The notes beneath the pieces were generated by a model. The model was not told the origin of the DNA. It did not search any database and worked only from the letters and a program-made list of their open reading frames with translations. The translations under genes were made by a program, and so were the position numbers. Shown here one piece after another: positions 9,356 to 19,741 of a stretch of 63,942 nt of DNA (positions are counted from its first letter, which is position 1; every line of letters starts with the position of its first letter). The DNA is taken from IMG/VR virus record IMGVR_UViG_3300012663_000802, positions 1-63,942 of that record, one strand, 5' to 3'. The stretch comes from a virus (taxonomy: Duplodnaviria > Caudoviricetes).

Positions 9356-11125
9356 TTAAGCAATTCCGCCAGTTACAGTACTCACCAAGTTGGATGAAGT
9401 AAGGTATAAAATTTCATTTAAGTTTACAGTAAAGTTAGCAGCGCTTGAGCTGCCGTCTTTATTGTACTTAGTAATTGAGGTAGAGGTCACTCCAGGTATA
9501 GATTGAATAGCTGTAATTACGGAAGAAATAGGAACAGTTCCTCCAAATACATTTTTAGAGTATTGGAACAATCCATCAGTTCCAAGCAATGCTTTATAAA
9601 TTGCTAGTTTAATATCGGATTGCTTATAGGTATCTTGAATAGTAACCGCAGCGTCTACATAGACAGGTACGTATGTAGGAGGCAATATGTTTAGTGTTAC
9701 TCCTGCTGGAATCTTATCTGCCATGTATTGTAATACAGCGGTCTGAATCGCATACCAGTTATTTGTGGGTGTTGTTTTAATAGCGAGTCCGGTACGACCG
9801 TTTGCTGTTGCGGTATTCCATGTTCCTGTAGCAGCATTTGTTACAGTAAAAGATGTAGTAGTAGGAACAGAAGCTATAGTTGCCCCAGAAAGATTATACT
9901 GAGTTAGGTATAGACCTGAAATGTTGACTACGTTTCCTACAGAAAATCCGTGAGCAGAAGATGTGTTGTAAGTAACTACGGACCCTGATCCAGAAGCAGT
10001 AGCAATTGTAGTTTGAGGATAGCCTGGAGCAGCACTATTGTCTTCTTGAGTCTGCAAGTATAGGTTTACAGCTGAATAAACAGTTGACTGTGCTTTTGTT
10101 TTTCCTACTTGACTTACTAGTAATGCTAGATCAGAATAGTCATCTAAAGTAACTGCACGACGTCTTGCTGACACAGACGCTTTAATCTTTGTTCTGAGCT
10201 GACTGGTATTGTCCGCATCTGCTCCTCCATAAGCTGGAGCCACGTTACTTACAGTAAGGTAAGTTAAAGCTTGAGTATCTGTATTACCAGGAATAAAAGT
10301 TAATTCTGAAATGGCGTTAGATTTAATATTTCCTGCGGCACCAACACTGGTTTTATATGTAGCACTGATTAGCTGACTTGCCGGTGGAATTTGTCCATTA
10401 ATTCCGTCACCAAAAATAATATTTAACGTGCCGTTATTATTACGTTCTGTAGTAAACACTGTGTCTGTAGGGCCATACTCTAAAAGAGATTCCACATAGT
10501 TCCATAAACTAAACGCTGCCGATTGTCCTACGTACACGTTAATAGAAGAGTCAATAACATTTGCTTCTACAATTAAAAAACTCTGATTTTCATTTCCGCT
10601 AGATGTTCCTATGTTTGCCGGCAGTGCTTTATTATAAGTACTGTCAATAAGGTCTGGACGATCTGTGTTTACTGTTTTACCTTCTTGAGCTCTTAATGTG
10701 ATTAAGGCACCTGGAGCTAAAGCTGTTGCTGATTCAGTTGTCTCAAAATATACTGCTGAATATGGGCCGTAAGAAAGTGGCGCAAGTACTTGAGTCTTTA
10801 CTGGAATATCAACAGCAGCTGTAGATACGTTTTCAAAGGTTACGTAGAGCTCTGCTGGGGTTGGACCAGACGGCTTATACCCATACAGCTTAGCTAAAGA
10901 CAGCAACGTGCTGCGTTGAATAGCTGTGTCAATAGATGTTTCGTTTGCAATACGGTCTAGGTAGTGAGACATAATGTCGCCCATATAAGCAAATGCTTCT
11001 ACTAAAACAAAGCCAAGATCTGAATAGTCTGTAGGATCCCAGTCACTATTTGTCTTAGTTCTAATTAAGGTTATGAGGTCTTCTTTGATAGACTCAAAGT
11101 CTCTAGATGTATAGTCAATTTGCAT
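9356..11125 (-). CDS. baseplate J-like wedge protein
   Basis: IDYTSRDFESIK, IFGDGINGQIP, GGADAD, RAVTLDDY motifs. Confidence 0.9.
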   Translation of the reverse strand: MQIDYTSRDFESIKEDLITLIRTKTNSDWDPTDYSDLGFVLVEAFAYMGDIMSHYLDRIANETSIDTAIQRSTLLSLAKLYGYKPSGPTPAELYVTFENVSTAAVDIPVKTQVLAPLSYGPYSAVYFETTESATALAPGALITLRAQEGKTVNTDRPDLIDSTYNKALPANIGTSSGNENQSFLIVEANVIDSSINVYVGQSAAFSLWNYVESLLEYGPTDTVFTTERNNNGTLNIIFGDGINGQIPPASQLISATYKTSVGAAGNIKSNAISELTFIPGNTDTQALTYLTVSNVAPAYGGADADNTSQLRTKIKASVSARRRAVTLDDYSDLALLVSQVGKTKAQSTVYSAVNLYLQTQEDNSAAPGYPQTTIATASGSGSVVTYNTSSAHGFSVGNVVNISGLYLTQYNLSGATIASVPTTTSFTVTNAATGTWNTATANGRTGLAIKTTPTNNWYAIQTAVLQYMADKIPAGVTLNILPPTYVPVYVDAAVTIQDTYKQSDIKLAIYKALLGTDGLFQYSKNVFGGTVPISSVITAIQSIPGVTSTSITKYNKDGSSSAANFTVNLNEILYLTSSNLVSTVTGGIA

Positions 11126-11126
11126 T

Positions 11127-11516
11127 TTAGTAGGTAACCGTTCCGTCCATATTAAATGTTGCTGTGCTAATATTAAGTGTTGTTACAGTATCGTCAGGGA
11201 GCAGTAACTCTAAAGTAACGTTTTCAGTACCTTCAAGCTCATCAAAGTTTATATTAACTTTTGATACCTGTACTTCAGGTATCCATTTGGCAACAGCTCC
11301 TCTAATAGCTATAGGTATGGCTACTCTTGCCTCGTTATCGTTTTCAAAAAGAGCTCCAGACCAGTCTACACCATAGTCTGGCATCATAGGACGTTGCCCT
11401 ATGTAAGTGCTGACCAAGGTTAAAACTCTGTCCAAATACAGCTTAGTGCTACTACCTGTTGCAGAAACTAATCCGTTAGGATCAATTGTGTACGGATACG
11501 CAATGCTTGTTGTCAT
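11127..11516 (-). CDS. gp25/gpW-like baseplate wedge subunit
   Basis: TYIGQRPMMPDYG...LFE...IRGAVAKWIPEV pattern. Confidence 0.88.
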   Translation of the reverse strand: MTTSIAYPYTIDPNGLVSATGSSTKLYLDRVLTLVSTYIGQRPMMPDYGVDWSGALFENDNEARVAIPIAIRGAVAKWIPEVQVSKVNINFDELEGTENVTLELLLPDDTVTTLNISTATFNMDGTVTY

Positions 11517-12139
11517 GCTTGTACTCCAATCCATACGGGAAACTCAGGGTCTCCGGCTACGAACATAACCCAAACCTTTTGCCCCACCACAGGAAGGTTT
11601 CTGTGAAACGTGTGCTCAGGAATCTTTATTGATGTGTCTGAGCTGGTAAGACCTGGTGCACTAAGACCACTATCAGCAGTGTACAGACTTTTTTCGTTAA
11701 CGTCAGTCTTTGATGTAGGGGCGTTTTTAACAACATAGCTTTTTCCAACAGCTGCCACCATTTCTTTAGCAGGCTTTGGAGTAGTTGATCTTGTATATGC
11801 GTGGTTTAACTGACCTGCGCCAGGCTTAGCTACAATAGTTAGGGCTGGGATATCGGTGCTTCCATACGCATCTGGTGTAGATGTTGCTTGGGTGGTTAGA
11901 AGCGCTGCAATTTCTGCGGCTGTGTGAGGTAGGTGATCTGGGTGATTTGAGTTTGAGGTGATAGGCAAACAACCCTCAGCCCAGTTAGATACTTCACCAC
12001 CAGTAGGCATGCTTATCTGCAACAGTACGCGGTTTCTTCCTAGAGGGTCTACTCCAGGAGCAACAATAGCAGAGTAGAGTCCAAAAAAACGAAGACGTCC
12101 CTGAGGATCCTCACCATAGTTTGAATATGTATCACTCAT
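11513..12139 (-). CDS. baseplate spike, gpV/gp5-like OB-fold with insertion
   Basis: YSAIV...DPLGRNRVLLQI...SNWA and PVVGQKVWVMFVAGDPEFPVWIG halves of the OB-fold. Confidence 0.8.
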   Translation of the reverse strand: MSDTYSNYGEDPQGRLRFFGLYSAIVAPGVDPLGRNRVLLQISMPTGGEVSNWAEGCLPITSNSNHPDHLPHTAAEIAALLTTQATSTPDAYGSTDIPALTIVAKPGAGQLNHAYTRSTTPKPAKEMVAAVGKSYVVKNAPTSKTDVNEKSLYTADSGLSAPGLTSSDTSIKIPEHTFHRNLPVVGQKVWVMFVAGDPEFPVWIGVQA

Positions 12140-12750
12140 TTAATAACCCTTCCAGAATCTGTAGCTGTCCATTTTAGCACATTTGTTATCTGTGATAGGT
12201 TGGGAGGGGTGTCAGCAAATGGGCTCATACCGCTTACCGGTGGAACCCCGACTGGAGAATCAACCGTAACTTGCGTTAAGGCTGTAGCTCCTCCTAAAGA
12301 ATCTAATGAAGAAGAGTTTGGAGATAGTTTGTATTCAGTAAGAACAGCTTCTGCATTGTTTAAAGATTGACCAGAAAGTTCTGATTGAACATCTCTATAC
12401 GAAGAGTTTTTAGCAGCATCTGGGTTTGTATCGCCTAATACATCTGTTCCAACAATAAGCTCTTGCATATAGTCGGCCGGCCTACCACCAAATATGTGCT
12501 TGACTCTCAGTACTGTCCAATACCCAGACATGCCATTTGGAAGGCCGTCAAGATATATAGGGTCGTACGGACGTAGAGGTGCGTGACCAACAATGCTTAC
12601 TACAGCTCTGTGTTGATATCTATTTGCATTAGAATAGTCAGTAGCAATATGTTGAGCGTCTGCAAAAGACGAAGCCACTTCATATACGTGGTGGGTTTGA
12701 AAAGAAGCTGAAGAGTCCGTAACAGGGTTATCGTTTGAGAAGTTCTTCAT
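12136..12750 (-). CDS. baseplate hub, C-terminal part (gpD/gp27-like)
   Basis: VGHAPLRPYDPIYLDGL...SGYWTVLRVKHIF hub C-terminal motif. Confidence 0.75.
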   Translation of the reverse strand: MKNFSNDNPVTDSSASFQTHHVYEVASSFADAQHIATDYSNANRYQHRAVVSIVGHAPLRPYDPIYLDGLPNGMSGYWTVLRVKHIFGGRPADYMQELIVGTDVLGDTNPDAAKNSSYRDVQSELSGQSLNNAEAVLTEYKLSPNSSSLDSLGGATALTQVTVDSPVGVPPVSGMSPFADTPPNLSQITNVLKWTATDSGRVIK

Positions 12751-13604
12751 TATAAGAAGTACTCCTCGCTAGGCACTACAACGCCTGCGTTTCCTGTAAG
12801 TTTAGATTTGTGCTTATGCTTAGTGCTAAGCACAGACCCGTTTTGTGTATGCATTCCTGTAATTATTCGATCTACACGAACCCCAGTATCTGGTGAGCTA
12901 TCAGAAACTATGGGGTTAAACCCAAAACAAGTTCCAAGCATTCTTACTTCTCTAGTAGTAGCTCCAGAGTTATCGTCGTCTCCAGCGTAATAAAAGTATG
13001 GTGCAGATTGTTTTTTATCTTTGTATATCTTATCTACAGATACAAAAAGAAGCGAAGTGTTTTCACAGCGCAAAACAAACCCTGTTGATTTAGCAAGACG
13101 TCGAAGAAGCTGCCAGTCACTTTGCCCTGCTTGTACAATACTAGCTTTTACTCTAGGATGTCTTTGTGTTACCGCTTGTAAGTTGTGCTTAGTAGCAATA
13201 CGAGATACTACTTGATCTGCCGTTAAATTTTTATATATCTTTTGAGAGGTATCTTTAAGATAAAAAGAGGGGCCTACACAGATAATGTCTGTATTTCCAC
13301 CGTCAACTGTATTAGATTGTTCTATCTGAGTTACGTACCCATTCCAAGTAGACTTTAACTTTTGAGACCTAAAGTTAAAGGTAACAGGGTCTTTAGAAAG
13401 TATGGCGTTCTGTTTAGGGTCTGGGTTACCTTTAAAGTGAAGGATTAGCATATCGTGTTCGCTACCTACTTGATAGAGTTCAGCACCGATAAGCAGAATG
13501 TCTAGGTCTTTAGCTTTTGGAAAGCTGACAGAAAAATCAACTAATGCTCCAGAAGATTGCCAAACAAACGGTATCCAACTAGGGCTGTCTATACTAATTT
13601 CCAT
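12750..13604 (-). CDS. baseplate hub, N-terminal part (gpD/gp27-like)
   Basis: TADQVVSRIA...QAGQSDWQLLRRLA motif. Confidence 0.8.
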   Translation of the reverse strand: MEISIDSPSWIPFVWQSSGALVDFSVSFPKAKDLDILLIGAELYQVGSEHDMLILHFKGNPDPKQNAILSKDPVTFNFRSQKLKSTWNGYVTQIEQSNTVDGGNTDIICVGPSFYLKDTSQKIYKNLTADQVVSRIATKHNLQAVTQRHPRVKASIVQAGQSDWQLLRRLAKSTGFVLRCENTSLLFVSVDKIYKDKKQSAPYFYYAGDDDNSGATTREVRMLGTCFGFNPIVSDSSPDTGVRVDRIITGMHTQNGSVLSTKHKHKSKLTGNAGVVVPSEEYFL

Positions 13605-13878
13605 AAGGAATCCTTATATTTGTTCCCGGCATAATATCAAATGGGTCTAGTATTTCAGGGTTGATATCTAAAATTTCCCACCAGTACTTAGGGCCTAAGT
13701 TAAATGCCTCCGCAAGAGTTGCAAAGTTATCGCCTTCTTCCCACTTATGTTCAATATATTTAATACCTACTTTATCAGAAAACTTTCTGTATACAGATAT
13801 GACATAATCACCTGTGTACTTATGCTGTGTCTGAGACAAGGGTCCGTCGTAGTAACGAGATACGCGTTCTATAGCCAT
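13594..13878 (-). CDS. LysM-like tail X / baseplate protein
   Basis: EGDNFATLA...WWEILDINPEILDPFDIMPGTNIRIP. Confidence 0.85.
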   Translation of the reverse strand: MAIERVSRYYDGPLSQTQHKYTGDYVISVYRKFSDKVGIKYIEHKWEEGDNFATLAEAFNLGPKYWWEILDINPEILDPFDIMPGTNIRIPYGN

Positions 13879-13880
13879 AG

Positions 13881-15890
13881 TTAGGTTCCTGTCGTTGCTT
13901 TGGTAGATTTAGTATCAGTGCTTGACTTATATTCTTTTCCTGTATTAGGAGATTTTCCTTCATACGCAGGGTAACGTTGGAAACCGATAGATAACCGGCT
14001 TAACATAGGTACCATATTTTGATCAAAAATTCTATGAACTACGCTTATTGAAGAAACTGATCCAAATAAACGCATGTTCTCATTCAAAAATAACCATACA
14101 GGTACTTTTGTAGTGTAGCCTATGTCTGCTGTAAGCTGTGTGCTTCCCTTTTCTAATAATAAAGAGTTTGGTAAAGGGTCTCCTGTTAAAACGCGGTATA
14201 GAAACTCAATGTCATACTCTGTTCCACGGGTTAATATTCCTTGTTTTTCGTACTCTTCTAATTCTCTTCCATAAGATGTTTGAATAGACGATTGACGTGT
14301 TGCAGGTGTATTAGACCCGGTCCACGGTGCAGTCATTACTTTTAAATAACTCATATCAGGTATCCTATTAATAAGTAAATCAAAGTTAAAAGTTTGACTT
14401 CCAGCAAGAAGGATGCTTTTATCCTTAGATCCATAGGTCCAGTCAACTCCTGAATTATCAGAGTTTTCATAGCTAATCATCTCTGGGTTGTACATAAACC
14501 TAAAGCCCCATTGCAGAGCATTACCGTTTTGAGTTTTTTTAGATATTTTTTCAATATTCATTACTTTAGCAGTAACAGCGTCTTGAAAAATGCGACCACG
14601 TTCAGGTCTTGTTCCTAGATAAGTATCTAATATGTTTTTAAAAGCACTGGAATCTATTGCTTGACCTTTAGCGCTAAAAAATTGACTGGTATCAATCCCA
14701 GCCCTAGTAGCGTAGCCTACTCCTCTAGCATCTACGTGTGGAGGAGGGTTCCATCTTAGTGCGTCTTTAGGTTGCTCTGGACGAACAAGTATGGCGCTTT
14801 CTTCGTCAGGGTCACCGCTTCCGTCTTCTTCTACTTCCTTACCACAGTTCCCTAGTTTTGCTGAAACGATTTCTTCAAGAATTAATTCTAGGGTGCTGTT
14901 CATGTAAGGACCGTTAGTGCCTGTTCGATCAGTTGTGCCATATTTTGACGCAGATACTACTGAGGATGCGTTTTTTATTATATTGCCATCTTTGTCTGCA
15001 AATATGCGCATGTACTTAATTACTGTTTTACCTTTATAATATCCGGAGGTTGCTTTATAAACAAGCCATTTTACACCTGTCCAAACTCTTTTTGGATCTT
15101 TAGTACAAGCATTATATGCATAGCTGTAATAAAATTGTTCATAGCCACTGACAACTTGAAACTCTCCCGCTCTTTCGGCCAACGCACCCGTAAAGCTGTT
15201 AGCCGGCTTGTTCTGAAGAACAGCGTCGGTACAGTTAATTCCTGGGTTCATACCTGAAATCATTGCGTTAGTAATAGTTACTTGATTTGCTGATGGGTGA
15301 GGGGTAGCTCCGGAAGGTGTTTGATAGTTCTGTGGCATTACCTTTGCTGTAACTGTAAACGCTGGGCCCATTTTAAAACTTTTTTTAATTATAGAATATA
15401 TTGTGCTATAGTTAGTTCCTGCAGATATAGTACTTGCGTTAACGTTTGGGTACGAGGACGGCTGGTAGAACGTCTCTCCCGAGTTATGTGTGGCAGTGCT
15501 TAACTGTTTTGTATTTGTAGCATCCACCGGTGTAAATTTTACATCAGTTATACAATCATCATTTAAAAAGTATATGCCATTAAGGGTAGGTGAATCCGTT
15601 ACCTTTAAATAAAACTTAACTAAGTAGGTTATAGCAAAGTCTTTTTTTACCTTAATTGTTGTAGCATAGGGAGGTGACTCTGTAGCTGGCCCGGTGTATA
15701 CAGCTGGCGGATCTAAAGGTGTTAGCAGAGAACCTTTTGTTTCTTTATGAGACCACTGACCGCTAAGAAAAGAAGGATCCGCATACAGACTGGCGTAAAT
15801 ATCCATAGTAGCTGTACCACCAGTGTCAAGAAGGTATGTCTTATAGTCAGTGTATGCTGAGACTGTGTAAAAGTATTCATATGTTGGCAT
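13881..15890 (-). CDS. tail tube initiator-like protein with large N-terminal extension
   Basis: C-terminal FRFMYNPEMISY...SISVVHRIFDQNMVPM pattern; located between tape measure and LysM gene. Confidence 0.65.
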   Translation of the reverse strand: MPTYEYFYTVSAYTDYKTYLLDTGGTATMDIYASLYADPSFLSGQWSHKETKGSLLTPLDPPAVYTGPATESPPYATTIKVKKDFAITYLVKFYLKVTDSPTLNGIYFLNDDCITDVKFTPVDATNTKQLSTATHNSGETFYQPSSYPNVNASTISAGTNYSTIYSIIKKSFKMGPAFTVTAKVMPQNYQTPSGATPHPSANQVTITNAMISGMNPGINCTDAVLQNKPANSFTGALAERAGEFQVVSGYEQFYYSYAYNACTKDPKRVWTGVKWLVYKATSGYYKGKTVIKYMRIFADKDGNIIKNASSVVSASKYGTTDRTGTNGPYMNSTLELILEEIVSAKLGNCGKEVEEDGSGDPDEESAILVRPEQPKDALRWNPPPHVDARGVGYATRAGIDTSQFFSAKGQAIDSSAFKNILDTYLGTRPERGRIFQDAVTAKVMNIEKISKKTQNGNALQWGFRFMYNPEMISYENSDNSGVDWTYGSKDKSILLAGSQTFNFDLLINRIPDMSYLKVMTAPWTGSNTPATRQSSIQTSYGRELEEYEKQGILTRGTEYDIEFLYRVLTGDPLPNSLLLEKGSTQLTADIGYTTKVPVWLFLNENMRLFGSVSSISVVHRIFDQNMVPMLSRLSIGFQRYPAYEGKSPNTGKEYKSSTDTKSTKATTGT

Positions 15891-18748
15891 TATAGGCTGC
15901 TCGCAATCTTCTTAAACTCTGCATCTTTTTTAAGTCTTTCCCCTACAAGACGAACAAGACGTTCGGCCTCTACTGGGCTAGCACTTGCTATAGATACTTT
16001 CATATCCAGGTTAATTGTAACATTAGAATTGGCTGTCATGGTACTGCCACTAGAACTACGACGGCCCATAGTAGCGTGGCTCGTCGTAGCAACCCCAACG
16101 TTCATAGGATCATTGCCGCCACCTACTCCAACAGCCTTAGCCATAACATCTGCTTCAGGCAGGTGTTTAGCAAACGCTCCATTGGTGTACGCAGACCAAG
16201 GTTTAAAGTTAGTTCCTTGATTACTCTTTTTCCAGGCAGCCTCAATGTTGTAGTTTGGGTCTGTAAGTCTAGAGGCGTCGCGGTAAGGATCGTTATACTT
16301 CTTCCAATCCTTCAGAGAACGAATTTGGAAAAGCCCCACACTTGGGCCCCACTTTTCATTCTGTAAACTTACATCACCCTTTGCATTAGAACGACCACCG
16401 GATTCAGCAATAGCAATAGCATAGGCTGTCTTAAGAGCCTTTCCACTAAAGCCTCCCCTAGCAATCATACTCATTACTTGTTTTTTATTTTTAGTTGGCT
16501 TACCCGTATAATTATCAGGAATAGAACTAAAGGCATTAAGTTCTTCTTTAGAGTAGTGCTTAGTAAGATCGCTATAAGAGATGCCGCCAAAGTCAGCACT
16601 GTTCTGTAAAAAGTTGTCTAAACTGTTTGGTGAGAATACATCGGTTAATGAGTTGTACTCATCAAACAGCATACTTCCTACCTGTGTAGCTTTACCCCTA
16701 GAATTAAGACCTGCAAGAATAGGGATCTTTGCGTTTGCTAACCAAGCTTCAGGATCTACACGAACACCTGTTTTTGTTGCGATTTCAAAGTGAAGATGCG
16801 CAGCTGTTGAGTTTCCACGACCAGGGTCTTTAGGACCACCACCGGATAAACCAATGACGTCTCCCTTTTTAATTTTTTGATTAGTGCTTACACTTATGCG
16901 ACGAAGGTGACAGTATCTTGAGCTGCTGCCGTCAGGGTGTCTGAGAAGAACATAGTTACCCCAACCAGTAGGTTGACTTCCTGTCTTCTCTACAACACCA
17001 TCTGCTACAGCTTTAACAGGTGTTCCTGAAGGAACACCGTAGTCTGTACCTTTATGGTCTACGCTGATCTTTTGTCCAGACTCAGCAGCTTTTCTTGCAG
17101 CTTCCGGTCTAAGACCAAATTTAGATGTAATAGGTGTACCACTAGGTACTGGGCTAGCAGCAGGACTTGGTGCTAAAGATCCTTGATCAGCACCTGTTCC
17201 AACGTTCATAGTTTCGCCGCGCTCACCGCCTTGACCCATGAGTTGACCAACTAGGTTAGAACCACCACCTACAAGAGCTCCAATGATTGCACCAGGAAGT
17301 CCGCCTCCTATAAGAGCACCTGTTCCAGCACCGGCTCCTGTGCTCATCAGCAGTGAACCCCAGTCAAACCCCTTCTTAGCCTTAGCGCTCTTATACCCCA
17401 TATACGCAGACACAGCGGTTCCTACAACAGGCACGCCTTTCATAGCAGAAGTGCCAAACTTTGTAATAGCAGAGGTAGCACCAGATTTTGACATCAAACT
17501 TGCGGCACCAGGAAGTCCACCGCCTCTACGTAACATGGCCGCAGTCATTGCGGCGCTCATACCAGTACTAGCGATCTGACTTACACCGCCAGCTACACCA
17601 CCGGCATTAGGGAAAGTTTGTAGGATAGCTTTAAGATTCATAAGCCCGTCATTAACAGGGCCAAGAGTTTCTGCCATTTTAGTATAACCATCATTAAGAG
17701 ATGAGGCAGCATTCAAGCTGGCGTTGTATCCACCAACTAATCCTTTTTCTGTAGCAAGGAGTTTGTTTGCCTCACTTGTATTCATCTTATAGTTAGAACG
17801 TAAAGGGCTGCTCTTATCTACGCCCATAAGATCCAACATCTTGTTTGGATCTTTGCTGTTCATAGCAGAGCTAAACTTTTTGTCGCTTCCAGCGCTAGCG
17901 CGAGCAACAATACCAGACGCTAAAAAGTTAAATAAATCTGGGTCGCCTTCTGAAATTTGTTGAAGTGTAATGTTAGACTTGCTTCGTGGAGCATAAACCA
18001 TAGCAGCTTCAGCTTTAGTAAGCTTTTGTCCACGGAACATAAACTGATAAACTTTATTAATGAGTTGATCAGTTTTTTTAATTTCACCGTTAGAATCACG
18101 TAGTTGGATTCCCATACGAAGCATAGTCATTCCGTTAAGACCAGCCACTGCTCCAGCAGCCTGTTGATTGCTCATGCCGCTAAACGCGGTCATACCCGCC
18201 ATCTGGCTCATAATGTTATTGGCACCTCGTGTGCCTGCAGCCATACCGCTAGAAAATAGTGCAGCCTGAGCCATGGTAGGGCCCATAGCGCTTGTAGCTC
18301 CGCCACCAACTAACTTGTTAGCTCTACGTATTGCTCCACGAGATCCGCCCTGCACACCGCTAAGCCCAGCAAAGGTATCTGCTGTCATACGTTGTGTAAC
18401 AGCATCCATGGTGTTAGGAGCCATGGCAGTATAGGCAGCGCCTATAGCCATGATTCCCATACCTACTTTACCGGCAGGAGTACTAAACTTTCCAAGGCTC
18501 TTGGACATCTTTCCGCCAGAGCCACCACCAGCGGCATCGCCTACTTCTTTTGCGGTCTCTTTTGTTTCCTCAAGAGTCTTGCCCCAGTCCTTGGCGATCT
18601 TTTCTACAAGTTTTTCAACTTCCTTAAAGACCTTAAGCATCTCTTTAGGCATTGCATCAAAGTCTTTTTCGCCCATGGCTGTTACAGCACCCTCAACTCC
18701 AAGAAAAGGATTACCTCTGTCGTCAGGAGTTACTGAGTGTTGGGACAT
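15890..18748 (-). CDS. tape measure protein with M23 peptidase and lytic transglycosylase domains
   Basis: Ala/Gly/Met-rich helical body; HKGTD...HLHFE (M23); AIAIAESGG...GLFQI (lysozyme-like). Confidence 0.9.
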   Translation of the reverse strand: MSQHSVTPDDRGNPFLGVEGAVTAMGEKDFDAMPKEMLKVFKEVEKLVEKIAKDWGKTLEETKETAKEVGDAAGGGSGGKMSKSLGKFSTPAGKVGMGIMAIGAAYTAMAPNTMDAVTQRMTADTFAGLSGVQGGSRGAIRRANKLVGGGATSAMGPTMAQAALFSSGMAAGTRGANNIMSQMAGMTAFSGMSNQQAAGAVAGLNGMTMLRMGIQLRDSNGEIKKTDQLINKVYQFMFRGQKLTKAEAAMVYAPRSKSNITLQQISEGDPDLFNFLASGIVARASAGSDKKFSSAMNSKDPNKMLDLMGVDKSSPLRSNYKMNTSEANKLLATEKGLVGGYNASLNAASSLNDGYTKMAETLGPVNDGLMNLKAILQTFPNAGGVAGGVSQIASTGMSAAMTAAMLRRGGGLPGAASLMSKSGATSAITKFGTSAMKGVPVVGTAVSAYMGYKSAKAKKGFDWGSLLMSTGAGAGTGALIGGGLPGAIIGALVGGGSNLVGQLMGQGGERGETMNVGTGADQGSLAPSPAASPVPSGTPITSKFGLRPEAARKAAESGQKISVDHKGTDYGVPSGTPVKAVADGVVEKTGSQPTGWGNYVLLRHPDGSSSRYCHLRRISVSTNQKIKKGDVIGLSGGGPKDPGRGNSTAAHLHFEIATKTGVRVDPEAWLANAKIPILAGLNSRGKATQVGSMLFDEYNSLTDVFSPNSLDNFLQNSADFGGISYSDLTKHYSKEELNAFSSIPDNYTGKPTKNKKQVMSMIARGGFSGKALKTAYAIAIAESGGRSNAKGDVSLQNEKWGPSVGLFQIRSLKDWKKYNDPYRDASRLTDPNYNIEAAWKKSNQGTNFKPWSAYTNGAFAKHLPEADVMAKAVGVGGGNDPMNVGVATTSHATMGRRSSSGSTMTANSNVTINLDMKVSIASASPVEAERLVRLVGERLKKDAEFKKIASSL

Positions 18749-18752
18749 TTAA

Positions 18753-18869
18753 TCACCGCCTTAGTTTAGCTGCTACTTTATATAACCAATTAAGTCGTTC
18801 TCTAGGTGATAAAGAACGAATTTCTGTTAACGTCCAACCTGAAAAGTTCTGACTTAATATGTCATACAT
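18753..18869 (-). CDS. tail assembly chaperone, second (T-like) frame; probably reached by frameshift
   Basis: Manual translation MYDILSQNFSGWTLTEIRSLSPRERLNWLYKVAAKLRR; frame is open back across the upstream gene's stop; no Shine-Dalgarno. Confidence 0.75.
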   Translation of the reverse strand: MYDILSQNFSGWTLTEIRSLSPRERLNWLYKVAAKLRR

Positions 18870-18894
18870 TTCAATTAGAAGTTCGTAATCAATC

Positions 18895-19719
18895 TCAGTC
18901 TCGAAATAGATCCGCTAGTGATAGCGGGAGCGGCACCTCCTGGCCGCAAGACTGACATTCTTTCTTTAGTGCTCCTAATTGTGGACCCGGGTTGCGGTCT
19001 GCGATTTCCTTCAAAATAGTTCTGCGGTCAAGCATACCTAAATTTCTAACTACTTCTGGTCCAACTACGGTCATACCATTAACTTCTAGAACACAGTTCT
19101 TTAGCATAATAGTATCTAGTTCTGCAGAGGTTTTATTTGCTGATTCAACAATAGCCTTCTGAGTAGAACCTTTAGGTAGCGTTACCAAAACTTTGCCGAC
19201 TTTACAATCTACTGTAAACTCAGCGTCTCCATCAAGACGTTTAATCTCAATGTCTTTAGAAAGGTCTATATTAAAAGTCTGGGCTTCCTCACAGTGAGGG
19301 CACAGTCCAGGACCTAGCTTAATTTCATTACCAAAAGTAGCGCACCTAATAGCTAGGAGCAACATCTCTCGGTCTCCAGCAAATAAAGAATCAAGTAGTT
19401 CTTTGTTAGCTGTTTCCTCTCCAATTTTAACGGTAGCTCGTTCTAAGATATAAAGTAGACCTTTAGCAGCATCAGGGATTTTAGAGATTGCTTCTTCATC
19501 TACTCCTGTAAGCTCTCTAATTTCTGCTTTAGAAATAAGACCGTTAAACGGATCAAACAAACCGCCAGGAAGATCTACATCTGTAGCAGGAGGCAAGGTT
19601 ACTGGCGGCTTTACCGCTTTCACCATTGCCTCCTGATCAGACAATTCTGTAGCTTTCTTAGCTAACTTGTTTGCTAGTTCAGGGTTTGTATGCGAATTTA
19701 TAACTGTATCAGTGTTCAT
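18895..19719 (-). CDS. tail assembly chaperone / T4 gp26-like protein
   Basis: Between tube and tape measure; RELTGVDEE, GDREMLLLAIR, CPHC and CQSC motifs. Confidence 0.8.
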   Translation of the reverse strand: MNTDTVINSHTNPELANKLAKKATELSDQEAMVKAVKPPVTLPPATDVDLPGGLFDPFNGLISKAEIRELTGVDEEAISKIPDAAKGLLYILERATVKIGEETANKELLDSLFAGDREMLLLAIRCATFGNEIKLGPGLCPHCEEAQTFNIDLSKDIEIKRLDGDAEFTVDCKVGKVLVTLPKGSTQKAIVESANKTSAELDTIMLKNCVLEVNGMTVVGPEVVRNLGMLDRRTILKEIADRNPGPQLGALKKECQSCGQEVPLPLSLADLFRD

Positions 19720-19741
19720 ATTGTTTCCTTATATGTAGTGG

